Source: Gaiellaceae bacterium
GTDB taxonomy: Bacteria > Actinomycetota > Thermoleophilia > Gaiellales > Gaiellaceae
Reading direction: 5' to 3'
DNA: 64,000 bases
NCBI GenBank assembly: GCA_035707105.1
Contig: DASSUI010000029.1
Location: 32,985 to 96,984, forward strand
The position numbers and the translations under genes were made by a program. Of the stretch, positions 27,311 to 35,691 are shown in pieces; position 1 is the stretch's first letter, and each line of letters opens with the position of its first letter. The notes under the pieces were generated by a model. That model saw nothing but the letters and a program-made list of their open reading frames with translations, was not told the origin of the DNA and ran no database searches.

Positions 27311-29407
27311 GTGACAACTCTGCGGACGACATATTCCCGACGGACGTTCATCAAGTGGGTCGGAGGGGCGAGCGCCGGCTTCTACCTGCTCGGCCGGCTT
27401 CCCGGCATGAGCGCGCCGGCGGCGCTCGCGGCAATCGAGGGCGGGACGCTGGACCCGCTCAGCATCCCGAAGTACCAGACGCCGTTGCTCATCCCGCCCG
27501 TCATGCCGCGGGCCGGAACGATCACGGGACGGGGCGGCAAGCCGATCGACTACTACGAGATCTCGATGCGGCAGATCACCCAGCAGATCCTTCCGGCGGG
27601 GTTTCCGGTCACGACGGTCTGGGGCTACGGGGCGGTGAACGGCGCCGGTAGCAGGAACGCTTTGCTCCTGCACAACGCGCCGTCGCTCACGATCGAGGCC
27701 CAGTGGAACCGGCCCGTCCGCGTCAAGTGGATCAACGACCTGAAGGACGCGAACGGCACGTTCCTGCCTCATCTGTTGCCCGTCGACCAGACGCTCCACT
27801 GGGCGAATCCGCCCGGCGGCACGGCCGGCCGGGACACGCGGCCGGACTTCAGCGGCCAACCGACGCCCGGCCCCTACGAGGGCCCGGTCCCGATCGTGAC
27901 GCACGTCCACGGCGCGGTCGGCGTCGGCGACGAGAGTGACGGGTACGCCGAGGCCTGGTACCTGCCTGCGACGGACAGCATCCCTGCGGGATATGCAACG
28001 GAGGGCACGTGGTACGGGTTCTTCAAGGACAAGGCGGCCGCCGGCTACGGGGCCACCTGGGGAACCGGCTTCGCGACCTTCCAGTACCCGAACCACAACC
28101 GGGCGTCGACGATCTGGTACCACGACCACGCGCTCGGCATGACCCGCCTCAACGTCTACGCGGGCCCCGCGGGCTTCTATCTCATCCGCGGCGGGCCTGC
28201 CGGAGACAAGGCGGTCATCGACAGTCGCTTCGGGACCACCGCCGTCCTCCCCGGCCCGGCGCCGAAGGACGGCGACAAGTTCCCGGCGAACAAGACCTAC
28301 TACGAGTTCCCGATCGCGGTTCAGGATCGCGCGTTCAACGAGGACGGCTCGCTGTTCTACCCCGACTCCCGCGAGTTCTTCGACGATGCCACGGCCGAGA
28401 ATCCGGGCTTCATCCCGGACACGGACCTCTCGCCGATCTGGAACCCCGAGTTCTTCGGCAACACGATCATGGTCAACGGCAACACCTGGCCGTTCCAGAC
28501 CGTCGAGCGGCGGCGCTACCGGCTCCGCTTCCTCAACGGCTGCCAGTCCCGCTTCCTGATCCTCGACTTCGCCGGCATCCCCGGCGTCGAGGTCTGGCAG
28601 CTCGGCAACGAGGGCGGGTTCCTCGCGGCGCCCGTGAATCTGACCGCGGACAACAACAACCGGCTGCTGATGGGCCTGGCCGAGCGAGCCGACCTGATCG
28701 TCGATTTCACGAACGTTCCGGTCGGCAACTACGTGCTCGGCAACCTCGGTCCGGACGAGCCGTTCGGGGGCGGCGAGCCGCCGGGGGACTTCGACCAGGC
28801 GGATCCGCACACGACCGGCCAGATCATGCAGTTCCGGGTCGTGCCGGCGGTGGCGCCCGATCCGACGACGCCGCCGATGTTCCTGGCGCTGCCGGCGATC
28901 ACCCCGCTTCCGCTGCCCGCCACGACACGCCCGCTGGCGCTGCTGGAGATGATGTCCCTCTACTGGGACGGTCCGGCAGAGGCGATGCTCGGGAACGTCG
29001 ACGGCGACGGGAATCCCACGCACAAGATGTGGGCCGAGCCTGTCAGCGAGAACCCGGGTACCGGCGACACCGAGGTCTGGGAGTTCTACAACGGCACGGC
29101 GGACGCGCACCCGATGCACGTCCACGAGGTCGTCTTCGAGGTCGTGAACCGGCAGAGCCTCGTCACGAACCAGGACGGGGAGTCCGTGCCGCCCTTCCAG
29201 CTCGTCGGCGACCCCCGCGCTCCCGAGGCGTGGGAGAGCGGGTTCAAGGACACCGTCATCGCCTACCCCGGCGAGGTCACGCGCGTGCGGGCGCAGTTCA
29301 ACACGCCGGGCCAGTTCGTCTGGCACTGCCACATCGTCGAGCACGAGGACAACGAGATGATGCGGCCGTACCGCATCGGGCCCGCACAGCCCGGCGCGCC
29401 CGCATAG
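27311..29407 (+). CDS. Tat-exported multicopper oxidase
   Basis: Twin-arginine motif SRRTFIKW. Cu motifs HVHG, WYHDH, HPMHVHE and HCHIVEHEDNEMM. Confidence 0.9.
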   Translation: MTTLRTTYSRRTFIKWVGGASAGFYLLGRLPGMSAPAALAAIEGGTLDPLSIPKYQTPLLIPPVMPRAGTITGRGGKPIDYYEISMRQITQQILPAGFPVTTVWGYGAVNGAGSRNALLLHNAPSLTIEAQWNRPVRVKWINDLKDANGTFLPHLLPVDQTLHWANPPGGTAGRDTRPDFSGQPTPGPYEGPVPIVTHVHGAVGVGDESDGYAEAWYLPATDSIPAGYATEGTWYGFFKDKAAAGYGATWGTGFATFQYPNHNRASTIWYHDHALGMTRLNVYAGPAGFYLIRGGPAGDKAVIDSRFGTTAVLPGPAPKDGDKFPANKTYYEFPIAVQDRAFNEDGSLFYPDSREFFDDATAENPGFIPDTDLSPIWNPEFFGNTIMVNGNTWPFQTVERRRYRLRFLNGCQSRFLILDFAGIPGVEVWQLGNEGGFLAAPVNLTADNNNRLLMGLAERADLIVDFTNVPVGNYVLGNLGPDEPFGGGEPPGDFDQADPHTTGQIMQFRVVPAVAPDPTTPPMFLALPAITPLPLPATTRPLALLEMMSLYWDGPAEAMLGNVDGDGNPTHKMWAEPVSENPGTGDTEVWEFYNGTADAHPMHVHEVVFEVVNRQSLVTNQDGESVPPFQLVGDPRAPEAWESGFKDTVIAYPGEVTRVRAQFNTPGQFVWHCHIVEHEDNEMMRPYRIGPAQPGAPA

Positions 29408-29424
29408 GCGGCGGCCGATGAGAT

Positions 29425-29460
29425 GTGCGCGTGAGCCCCCCGACGGGGGCTCACGCGCAC
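29425..29460. terminator. strong 16-bp GC hairpin between convergent genes
   Basis: GTGCGCGTGAGCCCCC, loop CGAC, GGGGGCTCACGCGCAC. Confidence 0.5.
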
Positions 29461-29471
29461 GGAGCTCGGGC

Positions 29472-30299
29472 TCAGTGCGTAGTCGCGACCGCCTCGATAT
29501 AGGTCGCCGGGATCGCGATCGGATCCCCCGCGAGCCGGTCGTGTCTGCGGGCGAGAGCGACGAGATCTCCCTCGAGCGCGTCGCGTGCGTCCCCTTCGAG
29601 CGCCTCGAACGCCTTCAGCGTCGGGCCGTACCAGCGTCGGAAGAACTCCACGAACTCCTCGGGCGACTGGAACCTCCAGGTGAACGTCCGCTCGGCGACT
29701 TCGAGCGAGGCGACGCGATCGCCGAAGAGGTCGCGCAGGTGGGCCTCGGTGCCCCACAGCAGCGGCGACTGCACGCCGGCCGGCGGCGGCACGTGCGCGG
29801 CGGTCGTGCGGAAGAGCTCGCCGATGAACCCGTCCGGCGTCCAGTTCGCAAGGGCGACGGTTCCGCCGGGCCGCGATACGCGAAGAAGCTCGGCGGCGGC
29901 GCGCTCGTGGTCCGGCGCGAACATCGCCCCGAAGACCGAGGTGACCGCGTCGAACGCGTCGTCCGGGAACGGGAGCGCCTCGGCGTCCCCCTCGATGAGC
30001 TCGATCTCGAGTCCCTCCGCGTCAGCGCGCCGGCGGCCGCGCTCGAGCAGGGCGGGAACGTAGTCGATCCCGACCACGGTGCAGCCGTGCCGTGCTGCGG
30101 CGATGGCCGCGTTGCCGCTACCGGTGGCGACGTCGAGCACGCGCCACCCGGCGCGCAGGTCGGCCGTGTCGCAGAGGTGCTCCGCCACGAGCTGGATCCG
30201 GGCGGCCACGACGTGGAAGTCGCCGCTCGCCCAGGTCAGCTGCTGCCGCTGCTTGATTGCGCCGAGATCGGGCTTCGTCGGTCCCACCGTGTCTGTCAT
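29472..30299 (-). CDS. class I SAM-dependent methyltransferase
   Basis: ORF 29472..30374. ATG 30299 follows AAGGAGGA. SAM motif I VLDVATGSGNAA. Confidence 0.85.
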   Translation of the reverse strand: MTDTVGPTKPDLGAIKQRQQLTWASGDFHVVAARIQLVAEHLCDTADLRAGWRVLDVATGSGNAAIAAARHGCTVVGIDYVPALLERGRRRADAEGLEIELIEGDAEALPFPDDAFDAVTSVFGAMFAPDHERAAAELLRVSRPGGTVALANWTPDGFIGELFRTTAAHVPPPAGVQSPLLWGTEAHLRDLFGDRVASLEVAERTFTWRFQSPEEFVEFFRRWYGPTLKAFEALEGDARDALEGDLVALARRHDRLAGDPIAIPATYIEAVATTH

Positions 30300-30381
30300 C
30301 CGTTCCTCCTTGTACGAGCCGCACGACCATTCGTGCGGCAGATCGAGGATACGGACGACGCGCCGCAGATTCATCGGCGCG

Positions 30382-30435
30382 GGCTACCCATCCTCCGGGC
30401 GGCCGCTACCCATCCTCCGGGCGGCTGCTACCCAC
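30382..30435. repeat. 22-bp tandem repeat, about 2.4 copies (GCTACCCATCCTCCGGGCGGCC)
   Basis: 30382..30403 and 30404..30425 differ at 1 position. A partial third copy starts at 30426. The repeat lies in the 146-bp gap between the sigma stop and the methyltransferase start. Confidence 0.9.
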
Positions 30436-30445
30436 GAATTGCGTG

Positions 30446-31489
30446 CTACGCGGCTTCGAGCTCGGGCGGCAGCCCGAAGCGCGGGAACAGCTCCGGCGTT
30501 CGGAAGGCCGTGATCTCGGCGATCCGCCCGCCGCGGAGCGTGAGCACGTCGAGCGCGATCGGCCGGTACCGGCTCCCGTCCTCCTCGAGCGTGTAGGTCG
30601 CCAGCGCAAGCTGCCCGTTTGCGCTGGCCGGGAGGTAGCGGAGCCGCGGCGGCGGGCTGCCCGGCATGAGCCAGGAGTCGGCGACGGCCGGGCGACCGCG
30701 GTACCACGTGGGATACGGGGGCATCTCGAACGTGACGTCCTCGGCCAGGAGGTCGATGATCGCGTCCACGTCTCCCTGCTCGAAGGCGTCGACGAAGCTC
30801 TGGACGATCTCGCGGACGCGCTCGTCGCCGAGCGAGCGGATGGTCGCCTGCTGGCTCTGCTCGGGCAGCCGCTCGTCGACGGCCTTCCGCGCTCGCTGGA
30901 GCGCGCTGTTCACCGACGCGACCGTCGTCTCGAGCGCCTCCGCGACCTCCCTGGCCGAGAAGCCGAGGACCTCACGGAGCACGAGCACCGCGCGCTGGCG
31001 CGGCGGCAGGTGCTGGAGTGCGGCGACAAACGCGAGCTCCACCGACTCACGCCGCTCGTAGCGGGCCTCGGGTGCCGCGTAGCCGTCCTCGACCCCGAGC
31101 AGGTCGTCGGGATACGGCTCGATCCAGAGCGACGCGGCGAGCGGCTCGCCGGGATCCTCTACCTCTCCGCCCGCGGGCGGTCCGTAGTCGATCGGCAGCA
31201 CTCGCTTGGGCCGCCGTGCAAGCGCATCGAGGCACGCGTTCGTCGCGATCCGGTACAACCAGCGTCGGAGCGCGCTGCGGCCGTCGAAGCCGCGCAAACC
31301 GCGCCACGCGCGGAGCAGGGCCTCCTGCACCGCGTCCTCGGCGTCCTGGAGGGACCCGAGCATGCGGTAGCAGTGGGCGTGCAGCTCGCCGCGGACGGGC
31401 TCGACCAGGCGGCGGAACGCCTCCTCGTCGCCGGCGCGCGCCGCGTCGAGCAGCTGCCGCTCAGCGGTCTTCGTGCTCGCAGAGATCAT
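30446..31489 (-). CDS. ECF sigma factor with fused SnoaL/NTF2-like C-terminal domain (SigG-like)
   Basis: 347 aa. Region 2: DAEDAVQEALLRAWRG. Region 4: LPPRQRAVLVLREVLGFSAREVAEALETTVASVNSALQRARK. About 130 aa of C-terminal extension. Confidence 0.85.
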   Translation of the reverse strand: MISASTKTAERQLLDAARAGDEEAFRRLVEPVRGELHAHCYRMLGSLQDAEDAVQEALLRAWRGLRGFDGRSALRRWLYRIATNACLDALARRPKRVLPIDYGPPAGGEVEDPGEPLAASLWIEPYPDDLLGVEDGYAAPEARYERRESVELAFVAALQHLPPRQRAVLVLREVLGFSAREVAEALETTVASVNSALQRARKAVDERLPEQSQQATIRSLGDERVREIVQSFVDAFEQGDVDAIIDLLAEDVTFEMPPYPTWYRGRPAVADSWLMPGSPPPRLRYLPASANGQLALATYTLEEDGSRYRPIALDVLTLRGGRIAEITAFRTPELFPRFGLPPELEAA

Positions 31490-31504
31490 TGGCTCTGAAA
31501 TTCA

Positions 31505-31567
31505 GGACCACCCGGGTCGCGGAAACTCATCGCGCACGTGCGATGAGTTTGCGGCATCCGCGTCGGT
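31505..31567. promoter_or_regulatory. back-to-back divergent ECF-type promoter candidates (palindromic GGAAACTCATCGC ... GCGATGAGTTTGC)
   Basis: Minus strand: GCGATGAGTTTCCGCGACCCGGGTGGTC, toward the sigma gene. Plus strand: GCGATGAGTTTGCGGCATCCGCGTCGGTC, toward the VOC gene at 31581. Confidence 0.5.
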
Positions 31568-31580
31568 CTAGAGAGCGGGC

Positions 31581-31946
31581 ATGGCGCATGGACCGGCGAA
31601 CCCCGTCGTCCACCTGGAGCTTCGCACCGGGAGCCCGCCGCGCGCCTGCGACTTCTACGTGCGCCTCTTCGGCTGGCGCTCCGAGACCGTCCACACGAAC
31701 GCGGGCGATTACCTGGCGCTGACGCTCGGCGACCGCCTGGAGGGCGGCGTCGTCGAGCACGACACGCAGCGGCCGTTCTGGCTGCCGTACGTGGAGGTGG
31801 CCGAGGTCGCCGAGGCGACCGAACGGGCGCGACTTCTCGGTGCGTCGGTGTGCCTGCCCCCGCGGGAAGGACCGGTCGGGTGGCGGAGCGTGCTCGTGGC
31901 GCCGGCCGGCGGTATGTTCGCGCTGTGGCAGCCGAAGCGACGATGA
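31581..31946 (+). CDS. VOC family (glyoxalase-like) protein
   Basis: 121 aa. VVHLELRTGSPPRACDFYVRLFGW... is a glyoxalase-fold pattern. Confidence 0.75.
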   Translation: MAHGPANPVVHLELRTGSPPRACDFYVRLFGWRSETVHTNAGDYLALTLGDRLEGGVVEHDTQRPFWLPYVEVAEVAEATERARLLGASVCLPPREGPVGWRSVLVAPAGGMFALWQPKRR

Positions 31947-32010
31947 GTTCCGCGTTCCGCCCGGGTCTTCACCTGGTGGAACCACCGAGCGACCGAAGGA
32001 GGAGACGGCG

Positions 32011-32607
32011 ATGCGCAAGCTGATCGTGAACGAGTTCATGAGCCTGGACGGAGTGGTGCAAGCGCCGGGCGGCGAGGACGAGGACACGAGCGGGGGCTTC
32101 CGCCACGGCGGCTGGCACCTGCGCTACTTCGACGACCTCTCCCAGCAGTGGGTCCTGGAGGGTCTCACGACCGCGGGCGGGTTCCTGCTCGGCCGGCGCA
32201 CGTACGAGATATTCGCGGCGTACTGGCCGAACGCACCCGAGGAGGAGCAGGTGCTCGCCGAGCCCTTGAACACGCTGCCGAAGTATGTCGCCTCTACGAC
32301 GCTCTCCGAGCCGCTCCCGTGGCAGAACTCGACCCTGCTCGAAGGCGAGCTCGCCGCGGCCGTCAACGCGCTGAAGCAGGAGGACGGCGCCGACCTGCAC
32401 GTCATCGGCAGCGCGCAGCTCGTGCGGTCGCTGATCGAGCAGGAGCTGGTCGACGAGCTGCGCATGATGATCGACCCGCTGGTCCTCGGCGGCGGAAAGC
32501 GAATCTTCCAAGACGACGGCACTCTCAGACCGCTCCGTCTCGTGGACGGCCAGGTGACCAGCACGGGCGCGATCCTGGTGCGCTACGCGCCGGCCGAAGC
32601 GCCCTAG
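32011..32607 (+). CDS. dihydrofolate reductase family (RibD C-terminal domain) protein
   Basis: ORF 31840..32607. ATG 32011 follows GAAGGAGGAG. MRKLIVNEFMSLDGVVQAPGG is a typical N-terminus for this family. Confidence 0.8.
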   Translation: MRKLIVNEFMSLDGVVQAPGGEDEDTSGGFRHGGWHLRYFDDLSQQWVLEGLTTAGGFLLGRRTYEIFAAYWPNAPEEEQVLAEPLNTLPKYVASTTLSEPLPWQNSTLLEGELAAAVNALKQEDGADLHVIGSAQLVRSLIEQELVDELRMMIDPLVLGGGKRIFQDDGTLRPLRLVDGQVTSTGAILVRYAPAEAP

Positions 32608-32894
32608 AGGTGCCTCGGTAGCCGGGCCTGCCGAAGGTCGACCCGGCCGCCGCGCATCGGTATGCCTTCCCGGTCGAGCAGCTGGCGCTGCCGCCTGCCC
32701 TTCGCGAGGCTGCCGTCGGCTCGGACGACGCGATGCCACGGAACCTTCTCCTCCGTCTCGGCGAGCACGCGGCCGACGAGACGCGGCGCCGCCGGGTCGA
32801 TGTCGCCGTACGTCCGGACGAACCCTTCGGGGATCGCCCGCACCCGATCGAGGATGCCCGCGACGCGGTCCTCGTCGCGACCGCCGGCCGTCAT
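32604..32894 (-). CDS. MGMT-family DNA-binding domain protein (alkyltransferase-like)
   Basis: C-terminal part of ORF 32604..33218. IPEGFVRTYGDI...VPWHRVVRADGSL. In an active Ogt the motif would be PCHRV, so the catalytic Cys appears replaced by Trp. Confidence 0.65.
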   Translation of the reverse strand: MTAGGRDEDRVAGILDRVRAIPEGFVRTYGDIDPAAPRLVGRVLAETEEKVPWHRVVRADGSLAKGRRQRQLLDREGIPMRGGRVDLRQARLPRHL

Positions 32895-32921
32895 CCGACG
32901 AGCTCCTCGGAAAGCACTCGC

Positions 32922-32944
32922 TAGTACCCCGGTAGGGTATACTG
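32922..32944 (+). promoter_or_regulatory. candidate CsoR operator
   Basis: TAGTACCCCGGTAGGGTATACT is a pseudo-palindrome (TACCC-N5-GGGTA) about 30 nt upstream of copZ. It resembles GC-cored CsoR boxes. Confidence 0.5.
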
Positions 32945-32972
32945 GACGTGAGCCCACGAAGGAGGCGAGACC

Positions 32973-33176
32973 ATGCCCGATACGATCACCTACAGCGTCC
33001 CCGGCGTCCACTGTGCCCACTGCGGGATGTCGATCCGCGAGGAGGTGTCCGAGGTCGAGGGGGTCGAGCAGGTCGACGTCGACCTCGACGCCAAGGTTGT
33101 CACCGTGCGGGGCCGCGACCTCGCCGACGAACGGCTCCGGGCGGCAATCCAGGAGGCGGGGTACGAGGCTGCGTGA
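32973..33176 (+). CDS. copZ: copper chaperone CopZ (HMA domain)
   Basis: 67 aa with the metal-binding motif [18 protein letters not shown]. Confidence 0.9.
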   Translation: MPDTITYSVPGVHCAHCGMSIREEVSEVEGVEQVDVDLDAKVVTVRGRDLADERLRAAIQEAGYEAA

Positions 33177-35404
33177 GCGCGACCCTCGAACAGCCGCGTC
33201 AGCGCGTCCAGCTCGCACTGGAGGGGATGACCTGCGCCTCGTGCGCGACGCGCATCGAGCGGAAGCTCAACAAGCTGGACGGGGTCGAGGCGTCCGTGAA
33301 CCTCGCGACCGAGCAGGCGGCGGTTCGCTACGACCCGGCGCGCGCCGAGGTCGACGACCTGATCCGCGCCGTCGAGGCGGCGGGCTACCACGCCAGCACC
33401 GGCGAGCGTGCGGAGGCGGCCGAGCGCGGGGCCGACGTCCTGCGGACGCGGCTCGTCGCGGCCGCCGTCCTGACCGCGCCGCTCGTCGCGCTGACGATGT
33501 TGCCGCCGCTGCAGTTCCGCGGCTGGGAGTGGCTGGCCTTCGCGCTCGCGACCCCGGTCGTGCTGTGGGCAGGCTTCGGCTTCCACCGCGCCGCGTTGGC
33601 CAATGCGCGCCATCGCGCGGCGACGATGGACACCCTGATCTCGATCGGGACGCTCGCCGCATGGGGTTGGTCGGTGGTCGCGCTCGCCGCTCTGGAGGAC
33701 GCGAACACCTACTTCGAGGTCGGTGCGGTGATCACGACGCTGATCCTGCTCGGCCGCTATCTCGAGGCGCGGGCGAGGCGCCGGTCCAGCGCTGCCGTGC
33801 GCGCGCTGCTCGAGCTCGGCGCCCACGAGGCCAGGGTGCTGCGGGACGGGCGCGAGGTCGTCGTCCCGGTCGAGGACCTTCGCCCAGGTGACCTCTTCGT
33901 CGTCCGGCCGGGCGAGAAGATTGCGACGGACGGGGTCGTCGAGGACGGCTCTTCCGCCGTCGACCAGTCGATGCTGAGCGGCGAGCCCGTTCCCGTGGAG
34001 GTCCTCCCCGGCGACGAGGTCGCCGGCGCGACGATCAACGCCTCGGGCCGGCTCGTCGTGCGGGCGACGCGCGTCGGCGCCGAGACGGCGCTCGCGCAGA
34101 TCGCGCGCCTCGTGGAGGAAGCGCAGGCCGGGAAGGCGCCGATCCAGCGACTCGTCGACCGGGTCTCCGGCGTCTTCGTGCCGATCGTGCTGGGGCTGTC
34201 GCTCGCGACCCTCGCGGGTTGGCTGCTCTTCACTGGCGACGCGACCGCGGCGTTCACGGCGGCCGTCGCCGTCCTGATCATCGCCTGCCCCTGCGCGCTC
34301 GGGCTCGCCACTCCGACCGCGCTGATGGTGGGCACCGGCCGCGGTGCGCAGCTCGGGATCCTGATCAAGGGGCCGGAGATCCTCGAGCGCACGCGGCGGA
34401 TCACGACTGTCGTGCTCGACAAGACGGGGACGATCACGGAGGGCCGTATGTGGGTCGCCGACGTCGTCCCGGCGGTGGGTGCCGACCGCGGAGAGCTCCT
34501 TCGCATCGCCGGGGCGGTCGAGGACGCGAGCGAGCACCCGATCGCCCGGGCGATCGCCGACCGGGCGCGGGAGGAGCTCGGCGACCTGCCTGCGGTCGAG
34601 CGCTTCACGAACCGCGCAGGCCTTGGAGTCGAGGCGGTGGTGGACGGGCACGCCGCGGTCGTCGGCCGGCCCGTCCTGGTCGCCGACCGGGGGCTCGAGC
34701 TGCCGGACGACCTGGTCGGCGCCCGCGCGGAGGCCGAGGCGGACGGACGCACCGTCGTCGCCGTCGCCTGGGACGGCGCCGTGCGGGGCCTCCTCGTCGT
34801 CGGCGACCGCGTCAAGCCGACGAGCGGCGCGGCGACCGCCGACCTTCGAGGCCTCGGGCTCGATCCCGTCCTTCTGACCGGGGACAACGAGCGCACTGCA
34901 CGGTCGGTCGCCGGCGCCGTCGGCATCGAGCGGGTGCTCGCCGACGTGCTGCCCGCGGACAAGGTGGCCGAGATCCGGCGGCTGCAGGATGCCGGAGAGG
35001 TGGTCGCGATGGTCGGCGACGGCGTGAACGACGCGCCCGCCCTCGCGCAGGCCGACCTCGGGCTCGCGATCGGGACCGGCACCGACGTCGCGATCGAGGC
35101 GTCGGATCTGACCCTCGTGTCCGGCGACCTGCGCTCGGCCGCCGACGCCATCCGGCTGGCCCGCCGGACGCTGTGGACGATCAAGAGCAACCTGTTCTGG
35201 GCCTTTGCCTACAACGTCGCGGCGATTCCGCTCGCCGTGCTCGGCCTGCTCAACCCGATCGTCGCCGCGGCGGCCATGGCCTTTTCGAGCGTCTTCGTCG
35301 TCACCAACTCGCTGCGTCTCCGCCGCTTCCACAGCGGCCGGGAGGAGGCGCGGCCGCCGGCGCCGCCCGCGCCGGTCCCACACCTGAAGGGAGAGCCTGC
35401 ATGA
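33173..35404 (+). CDS. copA: Cu(I)-translocating P1B-type ATPase
   Basis: ORF 32948..35404. GTG 33173 overlaps the copZ stop as GTGA. N-terminal HMA GMTCASC, TM CPC motif ([12 protein letters not shown]), [13 protein letters not shown]. Confidence 0.9.
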   Translation: MSATLEQPRQRVQLALEGMTCASCATRIERKLNKLDGVEASVNLATEQAAVRYDPARAEVDDLIRAVEAAGYHASTGERAEAAERGADVLRTRLVAAAVLTAPLVALTMLPPLQFRGWEWLAFALATPVVLWAGFGFHRAALANARHRAATMDTLISIGTLAAWGWSVVALAALEDANTYFEVGAVITTLILLGRYLEARARRRSSAAVRALLELGAHEARVLRDGREVVVPVEDLRPGDLFVVRPGEKIATDGVVEDGSSAVDQSMLSGEPVPVEVLPGDEVAGATINASGRLVVRATRVGAETALAQIARLVEEAQAGKAPIQRLVDRVSGVFVPIVLGLSLATLAGWLLFTGDATAAFTAAVAVLIIACPCALGLATPTALMVGTGRGAQLGILIKGPEILERTRRITTVVLDKTGTITEGRMWVADVVPAVGADRGELLRIAGAVEDASEHPIARAIADRAREELGDLPAVERFTNRAGLGVEAVVDGHAAVVGRPVLVADRGLELPDDLVGARAEAEADGRTVVAVAWDGAVRGLLVVGDRVKPTSGAATADLRGLGLDPVLLTGDNERTARSVAGAVGIERVLADVLPADKVAEIRRLQDAGEVVAMVGDGVNDAPALAQADLGLAIGTGTDVAIEASDLTLVSGDLRSAADAIRLARRTLWTIKSNLFWAFAYNVAAIPLAVLGLLNPIVAAAAMAFSSVFVVTNSLRLRRFHSGREEARPPAPPAPVPHLKGEPA

Positions 35405-35691
35405 CCCACGGATACGTGTCGGACAAGGAGTCGCTCGTCAAGCGACTGCACCGGATCGAGGGACAGGTCCGCGGGATCGAGCGGATGGTCGAGGAGGAGC
35501 GCTATTGCATCGACATCCTCACGCAGATCGCCGCCGTCAACACCGCCCTCGAGAGCCTGTCCGTGAAGCTGCTCGAGGATCACGTGCGCCACTGCGTGGC
35601 TGACGCGCTGGCCGCCGGCGACGCCGAGGTCGCGGAGCGGAAGAGCGAGGATCTGCTCGCCGCGGTCCAGCGCTTCTCGCGCACGCGCTGA
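35401..35691 (+). CDS. csoR: CsoR/RcnR-family metal-sensing repressor
   Basis: 96 aa. [31 protein letters not shown]...HVRHC gives a Cys-His-Cys ligand set. ATG overlaps the copA stop as ATGA. Confidence 0.85.
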   Translation: MTHGYVSDKESLVKRLHRIEGQVRGIERMVEEERYCIDILTQIAAVNTALESLSVKLLEDHVRHCVADALAAGDAEVAERKSEDLLAAVQRFSRTR

